A DNA stretch of 64,000 bases from Sorangiineae bacterium NIC37A_2 (GCA_002085155.1 NASX01000009.1:59323-123322); one strand, 5' to 3'. Shown: positions 42,217 to 52,396, numbered from the stretch's first letter. A program made the numbers and translations. The notes: generated by a model not told the origin, from the letters alone.

Positions 42217-45200
42217 GTGACGCACGTGCTCTACGTCGAGGGTGGCCCGGCCCTCTCGTCCTTTCGCCTCGAAAAGAAGAAGGCGCTCGTTTCTGGGGAA
42301 GTGCCCGGCCTCGTGGCCCTCTCCGCTACCCTTGTCTATTTCGTGCAGCTCGAGTCCCCCTCGGCGCCGGACGCGGCTCTGACCGAGCGTCTGCTCTCGG
42401 TGATGGGCGGGGGCGCACGCCTGGCGTCCCCGGAGGCGCGTGCGGGGCAGATTTTCGTGGGGCCGCGCCTCGGCACGATCTCGCCCTTCAGCTCGAAGGC
42501 GACTGACATCTTGCGCGCGTCGGGGCTCGAAGGTGTCCGGCGCATCGAACGTGCCGTGCGTTACGAGATTCGCGCGGAGGCAGAGCTCTCCCAGGCGCTC
42601 CTCGACAAAGTGGCTTCGGGTCTGAGAGACCGCATGACCGAGACGGCCTTCTTCGCCGCTGAACAAGGAGCGCGCTTGTTCCTCGACGAGACGCGGCGGC
42701 CGCTCCGTACGATTCCGCTTTTGTCCGGGGGAAAAGAGGCGCTCGAACGAGCCAACGTCGAGCTGGGTCTCGCGCTCGCTCCGGACGAAATCGACTACCT
42801 GAAAGAGGCGTACCTCGGGCTCGGGCGCGATCCGACGGATTGTGAGCTCATGATGTTCGCACAAGCGAACTCGGAGCACTGTCGGCACAAGATCTTCCGG
42901 GCCGACTACATCATCGACGGTGTCCCCCAAACGCATTCCCTGTTCGGAATGATCAAGAACACCTACGAGGCTTGCAAGACCGGTGTTGTCTCCGCCTACA
43001 GCGACAACGCCGCCGTCATGGAGGGCTTCACGAGCGAGCGCTTGATGGTCAAGCCGGGCCCTGCCGCTCCTTATGAGCGCATCGTCGAACCGACCCACAT
43101 CCTGATGAAAGTCGAGACCCATAACCATCCGACCGCGATTTCGCCTTTCCCCGGAGCTTCCACGGGCAGCGGCGGCGAGATCCGAGATGAGGGCGCCACC
43201 GGCCGCGGCTCGAAGCCGAAGGCGGGACTTGTCGGTTTCAGTGTCTCGAACCTTGAGCTGCCCGGGCACAAGATGGCCTGGGAGAGCGACGACGTCGGCT
43301 ATCCGAGCCGCATCCGCGATGCCCTCTCGATCATGATCGAAGCCCCGCTCGGCGCTGCAGCTTTTAATAACGAGTTTGGCCGTCCGAGTATCGTCGGCTA
43401 TTTCCGGACCTTCGAACAGAAGATCTCGGGCCAGGTGCGCGGCTATCACAAGCCGATCATGCTGGCGGGAGGCCTCGGGAACGTGCGCGCTCCTCTTGCC
43501 ACCAAGTCCCCGTTCCCGGCGGGCTCGAAGCTGGTCGTGCTCGGTGGCCCTGCCATGCTGATCGGTCTCGGCGGCGGAGCCGCGAGCTCGATGGCCTCCG
43601 GCGCGAGCGCGGAAGATCTCGACTACGCCTCGGTCCAAAGGGACAACCCCGAGATGCAGCGCCGCTGCCAAGAGGTCATCGATCGGGCCTCGGCCCTCGG
43701 CGAGGACAGCCCGATCTTGAGCGTCCACGACGTGGGGGCAGGGGGCCTGTCCAACGCGTTCCCGGAGCTCGTTCACGACGCGGGGCTGGGCGCGATCATC
43801 GATCTCGACAAGATCCCGACTGCAGAGGCGGGGCTGTCTCCGATGGAGCTCTGGTGCAACGAAGCGCAAGAGCGCTACGTGCTGGCGATCGCCAGCGACC
43901 GCCTCGAGCTCTTCGAAGAGATCTGCAGGCGAGAGCGCTGTCCTTATGCGGTCGTCGGGACCGCGACCGAAGAGGAGAGGATTCTATTGGCGTCGTCTCC
44001 GGAGGCGCCTCTACCGGGACCGCGTCCCATCGATCTCGAGCTCGGAATTCTCCTCGGCAAGCCGCCGCGTATGGTGCGCGACGTCCGCAGCGTGGAGCCG
44101 CCCCGGGCCCCGCTTCGCCCCGATGTGCTCAGCGTGAGCGAAACCCTCGATCGACTCTTGGCTCTGCCGACGATTGCGAGCAAAGCCTTCTTGATCACGA
44201 TCGGAGATCGCACGGTGGGCGGTCTCGTGCATCGGGATCAGATGGTGGGGCCTTATCAGGTTCCCGTCGCGGACGCCGGCGTGACTCTCGCGAGCTTTCG
44301 CGGCTTCGAGGGAGAGGCGATGGCGATGGGTGAACGAACGCCGCTCGCCTTGCTGGATGGAGCATCCGCCGCTCGCATGGCCGTGGGCGAAGCTCTCACG
44401 AATCTCCTGTCCGCGGCGCCCGAGTCCCTCGAGCGGGTCAAACTGTCGGCGAACTGGATGGCCGCGACCGGGCATCCCGGTGAAGACAAGACCCTCTATG
44501 AATCGGTCCGCGCTATCGGTCTCGAGCTGTGCCCCGAGCTGGGCCTGACGATTCCGGTCGGCAAGGACAGCATGTCCATGCGGACCGTCTGGGAAGACGG
44601 AAACAAGAGTGTCGTCGCGCCTGTCTCCCTCATCGTGAGCGCGTTCTGTCGTTTGCCGGACGTGCGCAAGGCGATCACTCCGGAGCTCCGCAAGGATGTG
44701 GGCGAGACGGAGCTGCTCTTGATCGACCTCGGCCGGGGCAAAAACCGGATGGGCCTGTCGGCTTTGGCCTTTGTCACGGAGCAGGTGGGCGAGGTCACCC
44801 CCGATCTGGAGAGTACGGAGGAATTCCGAGCTTTCTTCCTTGTCGTGTCCGAGCTGATCCGCGAAGGGAAAATCATCGCTTATCACGATCGTTCGGACGG
44901 CGGCCTTCTGGTCACCGTCTTGGAGATGGCGTTTGCGGGCCGCGTGGGGCTCGAGATCGAGCTCTCCAGCGTAGCCCTGGCGAGCCGAGCCGGCGTGACA
45001 CCGCAGGAGCTCCTGTTCTCCGAAGAGCTCGGGGCTGTGGTCCAGGTGAAGAAGGCCGATTTGCCGCTCGTGCTCGAGCGGCTCCGAGGAGCGGGCCTTG
45101 GTTCCCTCGTTCACTCGATCGGTCGCCCGCGCTCGTCGAGCTTGGACGTGACGGTCTCCCTGAGCGGCGCTCGGCTGCTCCAGGCGGATCTGCTGGAGCT

Positions 45201-46140
45201 TCAGAGGAAGTGGGCCCGGACGAGCCACGAGATGCGGCTGCTCAGAGACAACCCCGCGGTCGTGCGCGAGGAGTATGAGGCGCTCTCGGACCTCTCCGAT
45301 CAGGGCCTCGTGCCTCAGTTGACCTTCGATCCCGCTGAATCCCTCGTCGGTCATTTCATTGAAGCGAGTGAGCGGCCGAAGGTCGCGATCCTGCGTGAAC
45401 AAGGGGTCAACGGTCAGGTCGAAATGGCTGAAGCGTTCGAACGGGCGGGCTTCGCCTGTTTCGACGTGCACATGAGCGATCTGATGCAGGGGCGCACGAC
45501 CCTCGAACAATTCACCGGTTTCGCGGCTGCCGGCGGCTTCTCCTACGGAGACGTGCTCGGGGCAGGCCAGGGCTGGGCCAAGTCGATCCTGTTCCACGAG
45601 AAGGTGCGCTCGGATTTCGTGCGCTTCTTCGCGCGAGAGCGGACCTTTGCGCTCGGCGTCTGCAATGGATGCCAGATGATGGCCGGTCTCAAAGACATCA
45701 TCCCTGGCGCCGAACATTTCCCGACGCTCATGCGGAACGACAGCGAGCAGTTTGAGGCACGATTGTCTCTGGTTGAAGTCCTTCCGAGCTCCTCGATCTT
45801 CCTGCGAGGCATGGAGGGATCTCGCTTGCCCATCGTGGTCTCTCACGGTGAGGGCCGGGCTGTTTTCGCGAGTGAGACCGCTCGCGCGTCCGCCGAAGTG
45901 GCGCTCCGCTACGTGGATTCGGCCGGCCGCCCCGCCCGCCGCTATCCGGAGAACCCGAACGGGTCCCCCGACGGGGCCACGGCCTTTGTGGCCCTGGGCG
46001 GCCGCGTGACCATCATGATGCCCCACCCCGAGCGCATCATCCGCCCCGTCCAGCACAGCTGGTGCCCGCCCGAATGGCTCGCCACGGACCGGGGCCCCTG
46101 GCTGCGCCTCTTCGAAAATGCGAGGAAATTCGTTCAGTAA
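42217..46140 (+). CDS. purL: Phosphoribosylformylglycinamidine synthase, single-chain large form
   Basis: 1307 aa. It has SEHCRHKIF and [26 protein letters not shown], duplicated AIR-synthase-like domains, and a C-terminal glutaminase domain ([16 protein letters not shown]). Confidence 0.95.
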   Translation: MTHVLYVEGGPALSSFRLEKKKALVSGEVPGLVALSATLVYFVQLESPSAPDAALTERLLSVMGGGARLASPEARAGQIFVGPRLGTISPFSSKATDILRASGLEGVRRIERAVRYEIRAEAELSQALLDKVASGLRDRMTETAFFAAEQGARLFLDETRRPLRTIPLLSGGKEALERANVELGLALAPDEIDYLKEAYLGLGRDPTDCELMMFAQANSEHCRHKIFRADYIIDGVPQTHSLFGMIKNTYEACKTGVVSAYSDNAAVMEGFTSERLMVKPGPAAPYERIVEPTHILMKVETHNHPTAISPFPGASTGSGGEIRDEGATGRGSKPKAGLVGFSVSNLELPGHKMAWESDDVGYPSRIRDALSIMIEAPLGAAAFNNEFGRPSIVGYFRTFEQKISGQVRGYHKPIMLAGGLGNVRAPLATKSPFPAGSKLVVLGGPAMLIGLGGGAASSMASGASAEDLDYASVQRDNPEMQRRCQEVIDRASALGEDSPILSVHDVGAGGLSNAFPELVHDAGLGAIIDLDKIPTAEAGLSPMELWCNEAQERYVLAIASDRLELFEEICRRERCPYAVVGTATEEERILLASSPEAPLPGPRPIDLELGILLGKPPRMVRDVRSVEPPRAPLRPDVLSVSETLDRLLALPTIASKAFLITIGDRTVGGLVHRDQMVGPYQVPVADAGVTLASFRGFEGEAMAMGERTPLALLDGASAARMAVGEALTNLLSAAPESLERVKLSANWMAATGHPGEDKTLYESVRAIGLELCPELGLTIPVGKDSMSMRTVWEDGNKSVVAPVSLIVSAFCRLPDVRKAITPELRKDVGETELLLIDLGRGKNRMGLSALAFVTEQVGEVTPDLESTEEFRAFFLVVSELIREGKIIAYHDRSDGGLLVTVLEMAFAGRVGLEIELSSVALASRAGVTPQELLFSEELGAVVQVKKADLPLVLERLRGAGLGSLVHSIGRPRSSSLDVTVSLSGARLLQADLLELQRKWARTSHEMRLLRDNPAVVREEYEALSDLSDQGLVPQLTFDPAESLVGHFIEASERPKVAILREQGVNGQVEMAEAFERAGFACFDVHMSDLMQGRTTLEQFTGFAAAGGFSYGDVLGAGQGWAKSILFHEKVRSDFVRFFARERTFALGVCNGCQMMAGLKDIIPGAEHFPTLMRNDSEQFEARLSLVEVLPSSSIFLRGMEGSRLPIVVSHGEGRAVFASETARASAEVALRYVDSAGRPARRYPENPNGSPDGATAFVALGGRVTIMMPHPERIIRPVQHSWCPPEWLATDRGPWLRLFENARKFVQ

Positions 46141-46149
46141 GGCGCAGAG

Positions 46150-46172
46150 GCGGGGCGCCTTGTGCGCCCCGC
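46150..46172 (+). terminator. Hairpin 10 nt after the purL stop
   Basis: GCGGGGCGC (46150-46158) pairs with GCGCCCCGC (46164-46172), a perfect 9-bp stem with the 5-nt loop CTTGT. There is no U-tract. Confidence 0.45.
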
Positions 46173-46350
46173 GCTCCCTGAAACCAGCTTGACCCCGGGG
46201 CCGAGGGGCGCTACCTGGCTCACCCCTTTCCGCCCGAGAAAACTCTCAGCGGAGCCCTCGACGCAGCGGCCGTCCAGGGTCTGGCTCCCGGGCATGGTGC
46301 CCTGGGGGCTCGTCCCCGGAAAAGTGTCCCCTGCCAATCAGGAGTAATTC

Positions 46351-47013
46351 ATGAACGAAAACACTGGCCTCATTGGCCGCAAAGTCGGAATGATTCAGGT
46401 CCTCGAAGAGGACGGCACGGTCATTCCCTGCACCGTCATCCAGGCGAACGCAGTGGTCCTCGGCAAGCGCACCCTCGACAAGGATGGCTACACCGCGCTC
46501 ATCCTCGGTCTCGGCGAGCGCAAGGAGAAGCGCACCACAAAGCCGCTCGCGGGCCTGTTCAAGAAGGCTGGTGTCACTCCCAAGCAACTCATCCGTGAGC
46601 TGCGTTGTACGCCTGAGGCTCTCGACACTCAGGAAGTCGGGCAGCCCTTCAAGCTCGAGGGGATCTTCGAGCAGGGTCAGTTCGTCGATGTGCAGGCTGT
46701 GAGCCGCGGTAAGGGCTTCGCGGGCGTCATCAAGCGTCACAACTTCAAGGGCTCTCCCGGGTCCCACGGTACACACGAGTACTTCCGGCACCCCGGCTCG
46801 ATCGGTACGAACATGACCCCCGGTCGCGTTCTGCCAGGTCGCAAGCTGCCCGGTCAGATGGGCAACAAGGTCACGAGCGTTCTGAACCAGAAGGTTGTCC
46901 GCATTGTGCCCGAGGAGAACGCGATCCTGGTGCGCGGTGGGGTGCCCGGCGGCGCGGGCACGGCGGTCGTCGTGCGCGGCGCGATCAAGAAGAAGAACGG
47001 CGGTCGCGTCTGA
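46351..47013 (+). CDS. rplC: 50S ribosomal protein L3
   Basis: GLIGRKVGMIQVLEEDGTVIPCTVIQ...VSRGKGFAGVIKRHNFKGSPGSHGTHEYFRHPGSIGTNMTPGRVLPGRKLPGQMGNKVTSVLNQKVV. An AGGAG lies 7 nt upstream of the ATG. Confidence 0.9.
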   Translation: MNENTGLIGRKVGMIQVLEEDGTVIPCTVIQANAVVLGKRTLDKDGYTALILGLGERKEKRTTKPLAGLFKKAGVTPKQLIRELRCTPEALDTQEVGQPFKLEGIFEQGQFVDVQAVSRGKGFAGVIKRHNFKGSPGSHGTHEYFRHPGSIGTNMTPGRVLPGRKLPGQMGNKVTSVLNQKVVRIVPEENAILVRGGVPGGAGTAVVVRGAIKKKNGGRV

Positions 47014-47042
47014 GGTTTCCTCGGATCAAGCCATAGCCAACC

Positions 47043-48590
47043 GTGATGTTCGGCGCGAAAGAGCGGACCTTGAGCCCCTTTCGCGCCGAACGCATTTTGT
47101 TCCACGAGGATGGCCTGCTCGTGGTCGACAAGCCTTTCGGCGTGGTCGTGCACGGTGGGCGCGAGGGATCCGGGGAGAGCTTGGTCGAGCGCCTCAGCGC
47201 ATTGTTGCGCGCGTCTACCAGCGCGCGTGAGCCGTATTTAGGCGTGCACTCTCGACTCGACGTGGGCACGAGCGGCGCGCTGCTCTTTACGACGGAGCCC
47301 GCTCGGAACGAGGCGGTGCGCGTCGGCCTCGAACACAAGACGCTGAGACGGGTCTACGTGGCCCTGGTTGCGCCCGTTCCGGGCGCAACCCTCCACGCGA
47401 GCGGTCAAGTGAAGCTGCTTTTGCGCTTTGCGCGAGACAAAGCGGAGGTTTGTTCCTCCGCTCCGGGGAAACTCGCTATCACCCGCTACCGCGTCTTGGA
47501 GCGCACCTCGAAGCTGGCTCTTGTCGAGCTTGAGCTCGAGACAGGCCGGACCCATCAAATCCGCGCGACGCTCGCGCATCTGGGCGCCCCGATCGTGGGA
47601 GATGAGCTGTATGGTGGACCACGTGCGCCGCGCATCTTTTTGCACGCGTCTTCCCTTTCCGGTGCGCCCTTACCAAGAGCCGTGGAAGCGCCGTTGCCGC
47701 GAGTATTTTTGGAGTATTTCGAGCACGAACGCGTCGCCTTTCCCTCCGAGCGGGGTGAACTCGAGGCGCGGATCGCCGACGCGATCACGCTCCGGGCTCC
47801 GCTCGCCGGACAGCTCGACACGCTCCGCTGGATCTGCGGGGAGCGAGATCTCTTACCCGGTCTCGTTGTGGATCAGATCGGCGGGATCCCGTGGGTGAAT
47901 TTCGAGCCGGGCCCACCGCCAGGAGCGCTCGGGGCGATCCTGGCTGAAAATGGGTTGTCCTCGGAGGTCGTCGACAGCGCTGGGAGCGAAAAGATCGGCG
48001 CCGAAGGGCCGCTCCGTTTTTCATACACTCCTGGGAAGCGCCCGCCCCTCGACCCTGAGGCGCGCCACATGCGCGCGGAGCTCAGAGAGCGCGCTCCGAG
48101 GAGCGTCCTTTCCCTCGGCTGTGGACCGGCGCTGCTCGGAGTGGCGGCCGCGCTCCGGGCCACAGAAGGAACCCACGTCGACGCGCGCGCGAGCTTTCTC
48201 GGCAGTTTTCGAGAGGCCGCGGAGCTCTCGAGTGTTACCGGCCAGCGCTTCTTTCGCGAGGAGCCGCTCCGCTACGTGGACAAAGCCCTCAGGCGCGGAG
48301 AGCGTTATGAGGCTGTGCTTGTCGACGCCAGTCAAAAGGGCGGGCTACGGCTCGGGCCGAAGCCAGAAGACTTCCTGAGCGCTTGTCTTGCGCTCCTTCG
48401 GGGCAGGGGGCTGTGCGCGATTTGGCTGGGCTCGGGACATCGCCCACGCACCTCTTTCATGCAGACCGTGGCGGAACTCGCTCGGGACAGAGGCGCGGAG
48501 AAGGTCCGACGGATCTCGCTTCCGTTCGAGTGGAACGAACCCGAGACCGTCGGCTTCCTTTTGTCTTTTCCGATTATTTCTTCTTCTTGA
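47043..48590 (+). CDS. RluA-family pseudouridine synthase fused to a C-terminal RlmI-like class I methyltransferase-fold module
   Basis: N-terminal motifs are LLVVDKPFGVVVH, the catalytic HSRLDVGTSGALLFT and TGRTHQIRATLAHLGAPIVGDELYG. C-terminal motifs are DLLPGLVVDQIGGIPWV, VLSLGCGPALLGVAAA and YEAVLVDAS (where RlmI-type enzymes have DPP). Confidence 0.75.
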   Translation: MMFGAKERTLSPFRAERILFHEDGLLVVDKPFGVVVHGGREGSGESLVERLSALLRASTSAREPYLGVHSRLDVGTSGALLFTTEPARNEAVRVGLEHKTLRRVYVALVAPVPGATLHASGQVKLLLRFARDKAEVCSSAPGKLAITRYRVLERTSKLALVELELETGRTHQIRATLAHLGAPIVGDELYGGPRAPRIFLHASSLSGAPLPRAVEAPLPRVFLEYFEHERVAFPSERGELEARIADAITLRAPLAGQLDTLRWICGERDLLPGLVVDQIGGIPWVNFEPGPPPGALGAILAENGLSSEVVDSAGSEKIGAEGPLRFSYTPGKRPPLDPEARHMRAELRERAPRSVLSLGCGPALLGVAAALRATEGTHVDARASFLGSFREAAELSSVTGQRFFREEPLRYVDKALRRGERYEAVLVDASQKGGLRLGPKPEDFLSACLALLRGRGLCAIWLGSGHRPRTSFMQTVAELARDRGAEKVRRISLPFEWNEPETVGFLLSFPIISSS

Positions 48591-49413
48591 GCTCGGCGAG
48601 CTCCTCGGCAGCTTTGCGAGCCGCTTGCTCTGCGGCTTCAGCTCTGACCTTGGCCTCCGAAGCTGCTTTTTCTGCAGCCTCGGCCGCGGCCTTGGCAGCG
48701 TCTGCCTGCGAGCGCGCTTGATTCGCCTTCTCCTTGGCTTGTTCCGCGAGGGCGGCCTGCAGGGCCGCGCGTTTCTCTGCTGAGTCTGCGGACTGATCTT
48801 TGACCTTCGCCTGAATAGTCGCCTGGGTCGCTTCTCGCTTCGCCTTGTCGGCTTCCTTCTTGGCGTCGGCGGCTGCCTTTTGCGTCTCGAGGGCCTTGGC
48901 CTTCGCTTCCTCGAGCGTCAGCGCAGGCTCAGCAGGGGGAGGCTCCTTGGTCGGCTCAGCGGGCGTGTTCTTGCTGGGAGCCTGCGGTGTCGCTTTCCCG
49001 GGTGGGGTGCTCGGAGTCTTGGCCGGTGCGGGGGTGGCTTTGCCGGGCGTGGGCGTCGTCGCCTTCGTGGGCTCACTCGGAGCAGCTTTGCCTGGCTCGC
49101 TAGCTGCGGGCGCTTTGGCGGGCTCACTGGGGGCCGTCGAGGCAGCTTTCGCGGTTGAGGTGGAGGCGGGCGCTGTCGCCTTGGCCGGGGACGAACTTGA
49201 GCTTGTGGTGGCCTTGCTGGGAGTGGTCGAGCTCGTGGTGGCCTTGCTGGGAGTGGTGGCCTTGCTGGGAGTGGTCGAGCCCGTGGTGGCCTTGCTGGGA
49301 GTGGTGGTCTTGCTCGGGGTGCTTGAGGTCGACTTGCTCTGCCCGAAGGCGGGCTGTGCGAGCAGGGTAGCCGCGAGGCAAATGCGTGCGAGGGGGGATC
49401 TGCTGATTCTCAT
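48574..49413 (-). CDS. Secreted low-complexity protein: Thr/Ser/Pro/Lys repeats plus a C-terminal Ala/Lys/Glu-rich coiled coil
   Basis: The signal peptide is MRISRSPLARICLAATLLAQPAFGQ. TTPSKATT-type repeats follow, then PAKA/PGKA units, then ~110 aa of AEKAAxEAK coil ending in KKKK. The 3' end overlaps the convergent gene by 17 nt. Confidence 0.6.
   Translation of the reverse strand: MRISRSPLARICLAATLLAQPAFGQSKSTSSTPSKTTTPSKATTGSTTPSKATTPSKATTSSTTPSKATTSSSSSPAKATAPASTSTAKAASTAPSEPAKAPAASEPGKAAPSEPTKATTPTPGKATPAPAKTPSTPPGKATPQAPSKNTPAEPTKEPPPAEPALTLEEAKAKALETQKAAADAKKEADKAKREATQATIQAKVKDQSADSAEKRAALQAALAEQAKEKANQARSQADAAKAAAEAAEKAASEAKVRAEAAEQAARKAAEELAELKKKK
49210..49305. repeat. Near-perfect 48-bp tandem duplication inside the repeat-protein gene
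   Basis: 49210-49257 and 49258-49305 differ at one base (GGCCTTGCTGGGAGTGGTCGAGC[T/C]CGTGGTGGCCTTGCTGGGAGTGGT). The 18-mer GGCCTTGCTGGGAGTGGT occurs 4 times, and degenerate copies flank it. Confidence 0.8.
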
Positions 49414-49587
49414 CTGTCACTCCTTCCGTGGGGGGCGCCTGACCTGAATTGGCCGCGCAGTCCCCGACTTTCTTCATACTGAAGCCATCAGAAATGTCTT
49501 CCCCCGGACGCTCGTAGCTGATTGTTCGCTGGAGCGCATTCGAGAGCGACTTGGGCCCCCGGTTTGACAGCGGGGACCTTTGCGGTG

Positions 49588-50253
49588 ATGGGAGGGGGCG
49601 CCGTGGCGAACAAGCACTCGAACCCTTACATTGGTGACCCGCGGACTCGCGAGGCGAAGAAGAAGGGCTATCCGGCGCGCAGCGTCTTCAAGCTCGAAGA
49701 GATCCAGAACAAGACCCAGATCTTGAGGTCGGGCATGAAGGTCTTGGACCTCGGAGCCGCGCCCGGGTCCTGGACCCTGTTTGCGAGCCAAAAGGTGGGC
49801 CCTTCGGGCAAGGTGCTCGCTATCGACCTCCAAGAGATCACCCAGCGCTTCGCCCCGAACGTTGTGGTCGTCAGAGGTGATGCTTTTGAGATAGGGAGCG
49901 AAACCCTTGAGCAGTTTGCGCCCTACGACGTGGTCCTGTCTGATATGGCTCCGCGCACGAGCGGGGTGAAGCTCCGCGACCAGGCGATGAGCTTTGAGCT
50001 GTTCGAGAGGGCGCTCGATGTCGCTTTTCATTACGGCAAACCCGGCACTGCCTCGTTCGTGTGTAAGGTCTTCATGGGCCCCGATTTTCCGAAAGCGGTC
50101 GAGCTCGCGAAAAAGGTCTTCAAAAAGGTGCGCATCGTGCGTCCTGAAGGCATCCGCACGGGCAGCAAAGAAGTCTATTTGCTCGGCCTCGAGAAGAGGC
50201 CTTCCGAACCCGGGACCGCGGAAAACTTTCCCGAGCCGCCCGCGGCGGGTTAG
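49588..50253 (+). CDS. rlmE: 23S rRNA (uridine-2'-O)-methyltransferase RlmE/FtsJ
   Basis: KKKGYPARSVFKLEEIQNKTQILRSGMKVLDLGAAPGSWT...VVLSDMAPRTSG...FVCKVFMG. ATG 49588; the track start 49522 is less likely. Confidence 0.85.
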   Translation: MGGGAVANKHSNPYIGDPRTREAKKKGYPARSVFKLEEIQNKTQILRSGMKVLDLGAAPGSWTLFASQKVGPSGKVLAIDLQEITQRFAPNVVVVRGDAFEIGSETLEQFAPYDVVLSDMAPRTSGVKLRDQAMSFELFERALDVAFHYGKPGTASFVCKVFMGPDFPKAVELAKKVFKKVRIVRPEGIRTGSKEVYLLGLEKRPSEPGTAENFPEPPAAG

Positions 50254-50258
50254 GGCAA

Positions 50259-50280
50259 AAAGGAGCCTTCCTGCTCCTTT
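50259..50280 (+). terminator. Hairpin after rlmE
   Basis: AAAGGAGC (50259-50266) pairs with GCTCCTTT (50273-50280), an 8-bp stem with a 6-nt loop, 5 nt after the stop. Confidence 0.35.
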
Positions 50281-50288
50281 CTCCGCCC

Positions 50289-51941
50289 GTGTATCGCGAG
50301 TTTGGTCCTCCCCTGACCCGCCCGGGGTCTCAGCCCAGAGCGACAAAGCGCGCGCGGCGTTGGCCCTATGCGCTCCTCGCGGGAGCTTGCGCCTCCCTCT
50401 CTTCCCTTTCGCCTTACGGCCCCTGGGAGTCCGCCGTTCTTTCGGTCGAACTCGACCCGGCTCCAGCTCGTCCGGTTTCGCCCGAGGAGCCGCCTCGGGT
50501 CGCGGAGGAGCCGCCCCCGACTCCTGCGGCGCGCGTCGCTTCCCGGAGTTTGCTCGGACTCGCCGAGACCCCGAGCAAGGGGCCCCGTGAGCTCGACTCC
50601 TCGAGCAAACTGCCCACTTCGCCCGAGAGCGAACCTCGGCCCGAGGCCGATCTCTTCCTCGGCGTGACGGGCAAGGAAGCCAATATCCGCGCTCGCCCCG
50701 ATCCGAACGCCGAGGTCTTAGGCATGGCGCGCATGGGCACGCTGCTGCGCCGGGCGCCGACTCCTTCTGGCACAGTGAAATGTCCCGGAGGTTGGTACGC
50801 GGTGGCGCCACGCGGCTTTGCTTGCGCTGGCGCGTCGACGACCCTCGACCTCGACCACCCGGTCTTGCAGCTCGCGTCCTTAGAAGCCGACCGCTCGGAG
50901 CCTTTGCCCTATCGATACGGGCGCACGCGGGCGGCAGCTCCGCCTTTTTACACGAAGGTGCCGAGCCCTGAGGAACAGAGGGCGACAGAAGGGGCCACTT
51001 GGGGGGGCTCGAAACAGCTCGCGCGGCTGTGGGGAGACGATCCATTGGGCGCGCCGCCCCCGGCTCTCTTGGGGGGACAAACGATCCCCGGGCGACCGGC
51101 GGACAAGGTGGCGACGGGCTTCGGTCTGTCGCGGAGCGCCTTCGCGTTCCTCGACCTGTTTGAGAGTGAAGGTCGCCGCTTTGGTCTCACGACCGACTTT
51201 TCCGTCATTCCCCTCGACCGCGTCGAGCCGGTCGAGCCCTCGAGCTTCCGCGGGGTGGTCCTGACCGAAGAGGACACGCTCCCGCTCGCATTCGTGCGGA
51301 GCAGAAGCGTCTGGGTCTATCGACAGGACGAAAAGACAAAGGCGCTGGCTCCTCTGCGCATGGCCAAATTCCGCGAAGCGTTCCACCTCGAAGAGGAGGC
51401 TGAGACGATCGGCGGAGCTCGATTTTTCCGCACGAAGACCGGGGAGCTGCTCCGCGAGCAAAATGAGCTGATCGTCCTTCGAAATCCCGAGAAGATGCCC
51501 AAGTGGGCCTCAGGCTCGGCTCCCTGGCTCAGCGTATCGCTCCTTCGACAAACCCTCGTGGCGTTCCGCGGAGATCAGCCGGTATTTGCCACGCTCGTCT
51601 CCACGGGGGTCGGCGGCGCGGCGGATCCGTCCGAAACTCAAGCGACGGTCCAGGGCGTGTTCCGCATTCATACTAAACACATCACAAGGACGATGGCGGG
51701 TCCCGAAGCTGACGACCCCTACGACCTTCGCGACGTGCCTTACGTCCAATATTTCCACGAAGGGTACGCCTTGCACGCAGCGTTTTGGCATGACGGCTTT
51801 GGGCAACCGAAGAGCCACGGGTGCATCAATCTGTCTCCGAGTGACGCGCGCCACCTCTTCCACGTCACCGAACCCTTGGTCCCGTCCGGCTGGCATAGCG
51901 CTCTCTCTCGGCGCGGGACCATCATTTGGATTCACCCCTGA
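50289..51941 (+). CDS. L,D-transpeptidase (YkuD domain) with a long Pro-rich N-terminal region and an SH3-like segment
   Basis: The C-terminal catalytic motif is YVQYFHEGYALHAAFWHDGFGQPKSHGCINLSPSDARHLF. The N-terminus is TM/signal-like (WPYALLAGACASLSSL). Confidence 0.8.
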   Translation: MYREFGPPLTRPGSQPRATKRARRWPYALLAGACASLSSLSPYGPWESAVLSVELDPAPARPVSPEEPPRVAEEPPPTPAARVASRSLLGLAETPSKGPRELDSSSKLPTSPESEPRPEADLFLGVTGKEANIRARPDPNAEVLGMARMGTLLRRAPTPSGTVKCPGGWYAVAPRGFACAGASTTLDLDHPVLQLASLEADRSEPLPYRYGRTRAAAPPFYTKVPSPEEQRATEGATWGGSKQLARLWGDDPLGAPPPALLGGQTIPGRPADKVATGFGLSRSAFAFLDLFESEGRRFGLTTDFSVIPLDRVEPVEPSSFRGVVLTEEDTLPLAFVRSRSVWVYRQDEKTKALAPLRMAKFREAFHLEEEAETIGGARFFRTKTGELLREQNELIVLRNPEKMPKWASGSAPWLSVSLLRQTLVAFRGDQPVFATLVSTGVGGAADPSETQATVQGVFRIHTKHITRTMAGPEADDPYDLRDVPYVQYFHEGYALHAAFWHDGFGQPKSHGCINLSPSDARHLFHVTEPLVPSGWHSALSRRGTIIWIHP

Positions 51942-51994
51942 CAGCCCCCGAGGCGCGCGCCTTGGCTTCGGAGCGACTTCCGGTCTGACGTAAC

Positions 51995-52279
51995 TCAGGC
52001 CTGGGGCGTGTCTGACGACGGGAGCGGGGCGGGCGGAGTGTCCTCTGGCTCTTCCGAGGTAGGCGCGGGAGCAGACTCCTGGCTCGTCTCGGGTTCCTTC
52101 TCCGTCGCAGGGCGTGGCGAGACGGCCTCGAGCGCGAGCGGAACCCGGTCTGCGTCGGGCGAGCGCGGGTGCTCGTAGACCGGCGTCTTGTCGGGAGCTT
52201 GAGGGGCCGGCGGAGCGCACGCGACGGCGAGCCCAGCCAAGACGGACCAAAGCGTGAAGTGGGCAATGAAACTCCGCAT
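51995..52279 (-). CDS. Small Pro-rich secreted/lipoprotein (hypothetical)
   Basis: MRSFIAHFTLWSVLAGLAVACAPPAP (lipobox-like LAVAC), followed by a Pro/Glu/Thr-rich tail. Confidence 0.4.
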   Translation of the reverse strand: MRSFIAHFTLWSVLAGLAVACAPPAPQAPDKTPVYEHPRSPDADRVPLALEAVSPRPATEKEPETSQESAPAPTSEEPEDTPPAPLPSSDTPQA

Positions 52280-52396
52280 AGGCCCAAGGACATTACCTTG
52301 AAGGGGCCCCTTTCGGCGAGGGGCAGCGGCGAAGACGCGGCTTTTTGCTGGGCTTCGGGCTGGCGAGCGGTGCCTTTGGGAATATAGTGCGCCCCC

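Noticed and set aside
42172-46056. 565-aa and 681-aa minus-strand ORFs (42172-43869, 44011-46056)
   Set aside because: Both are antisense to purL, which is unambiguous over its full 1307 aa. The compositions are Arg/Gly/Pro-rich and motif-free.
46186-46214. TTGACC-N17-TACCTG as a sigma-70 promoter for rplC
   Set aside because: The -10 hexamer lacks the invariant final T and there is no supporting evidence. It is noted only as a weak possibility.
49474-51045. 523-aa minus-strand ORF
   Set aside because: It is antisense to rlmE and the L,D-transpeptidase gene. It is extremely Arg/Pro/Gly/Ser-rich (RGRGSSTRQRK..., RRRGRDRPRAE...), which is not protein-like.
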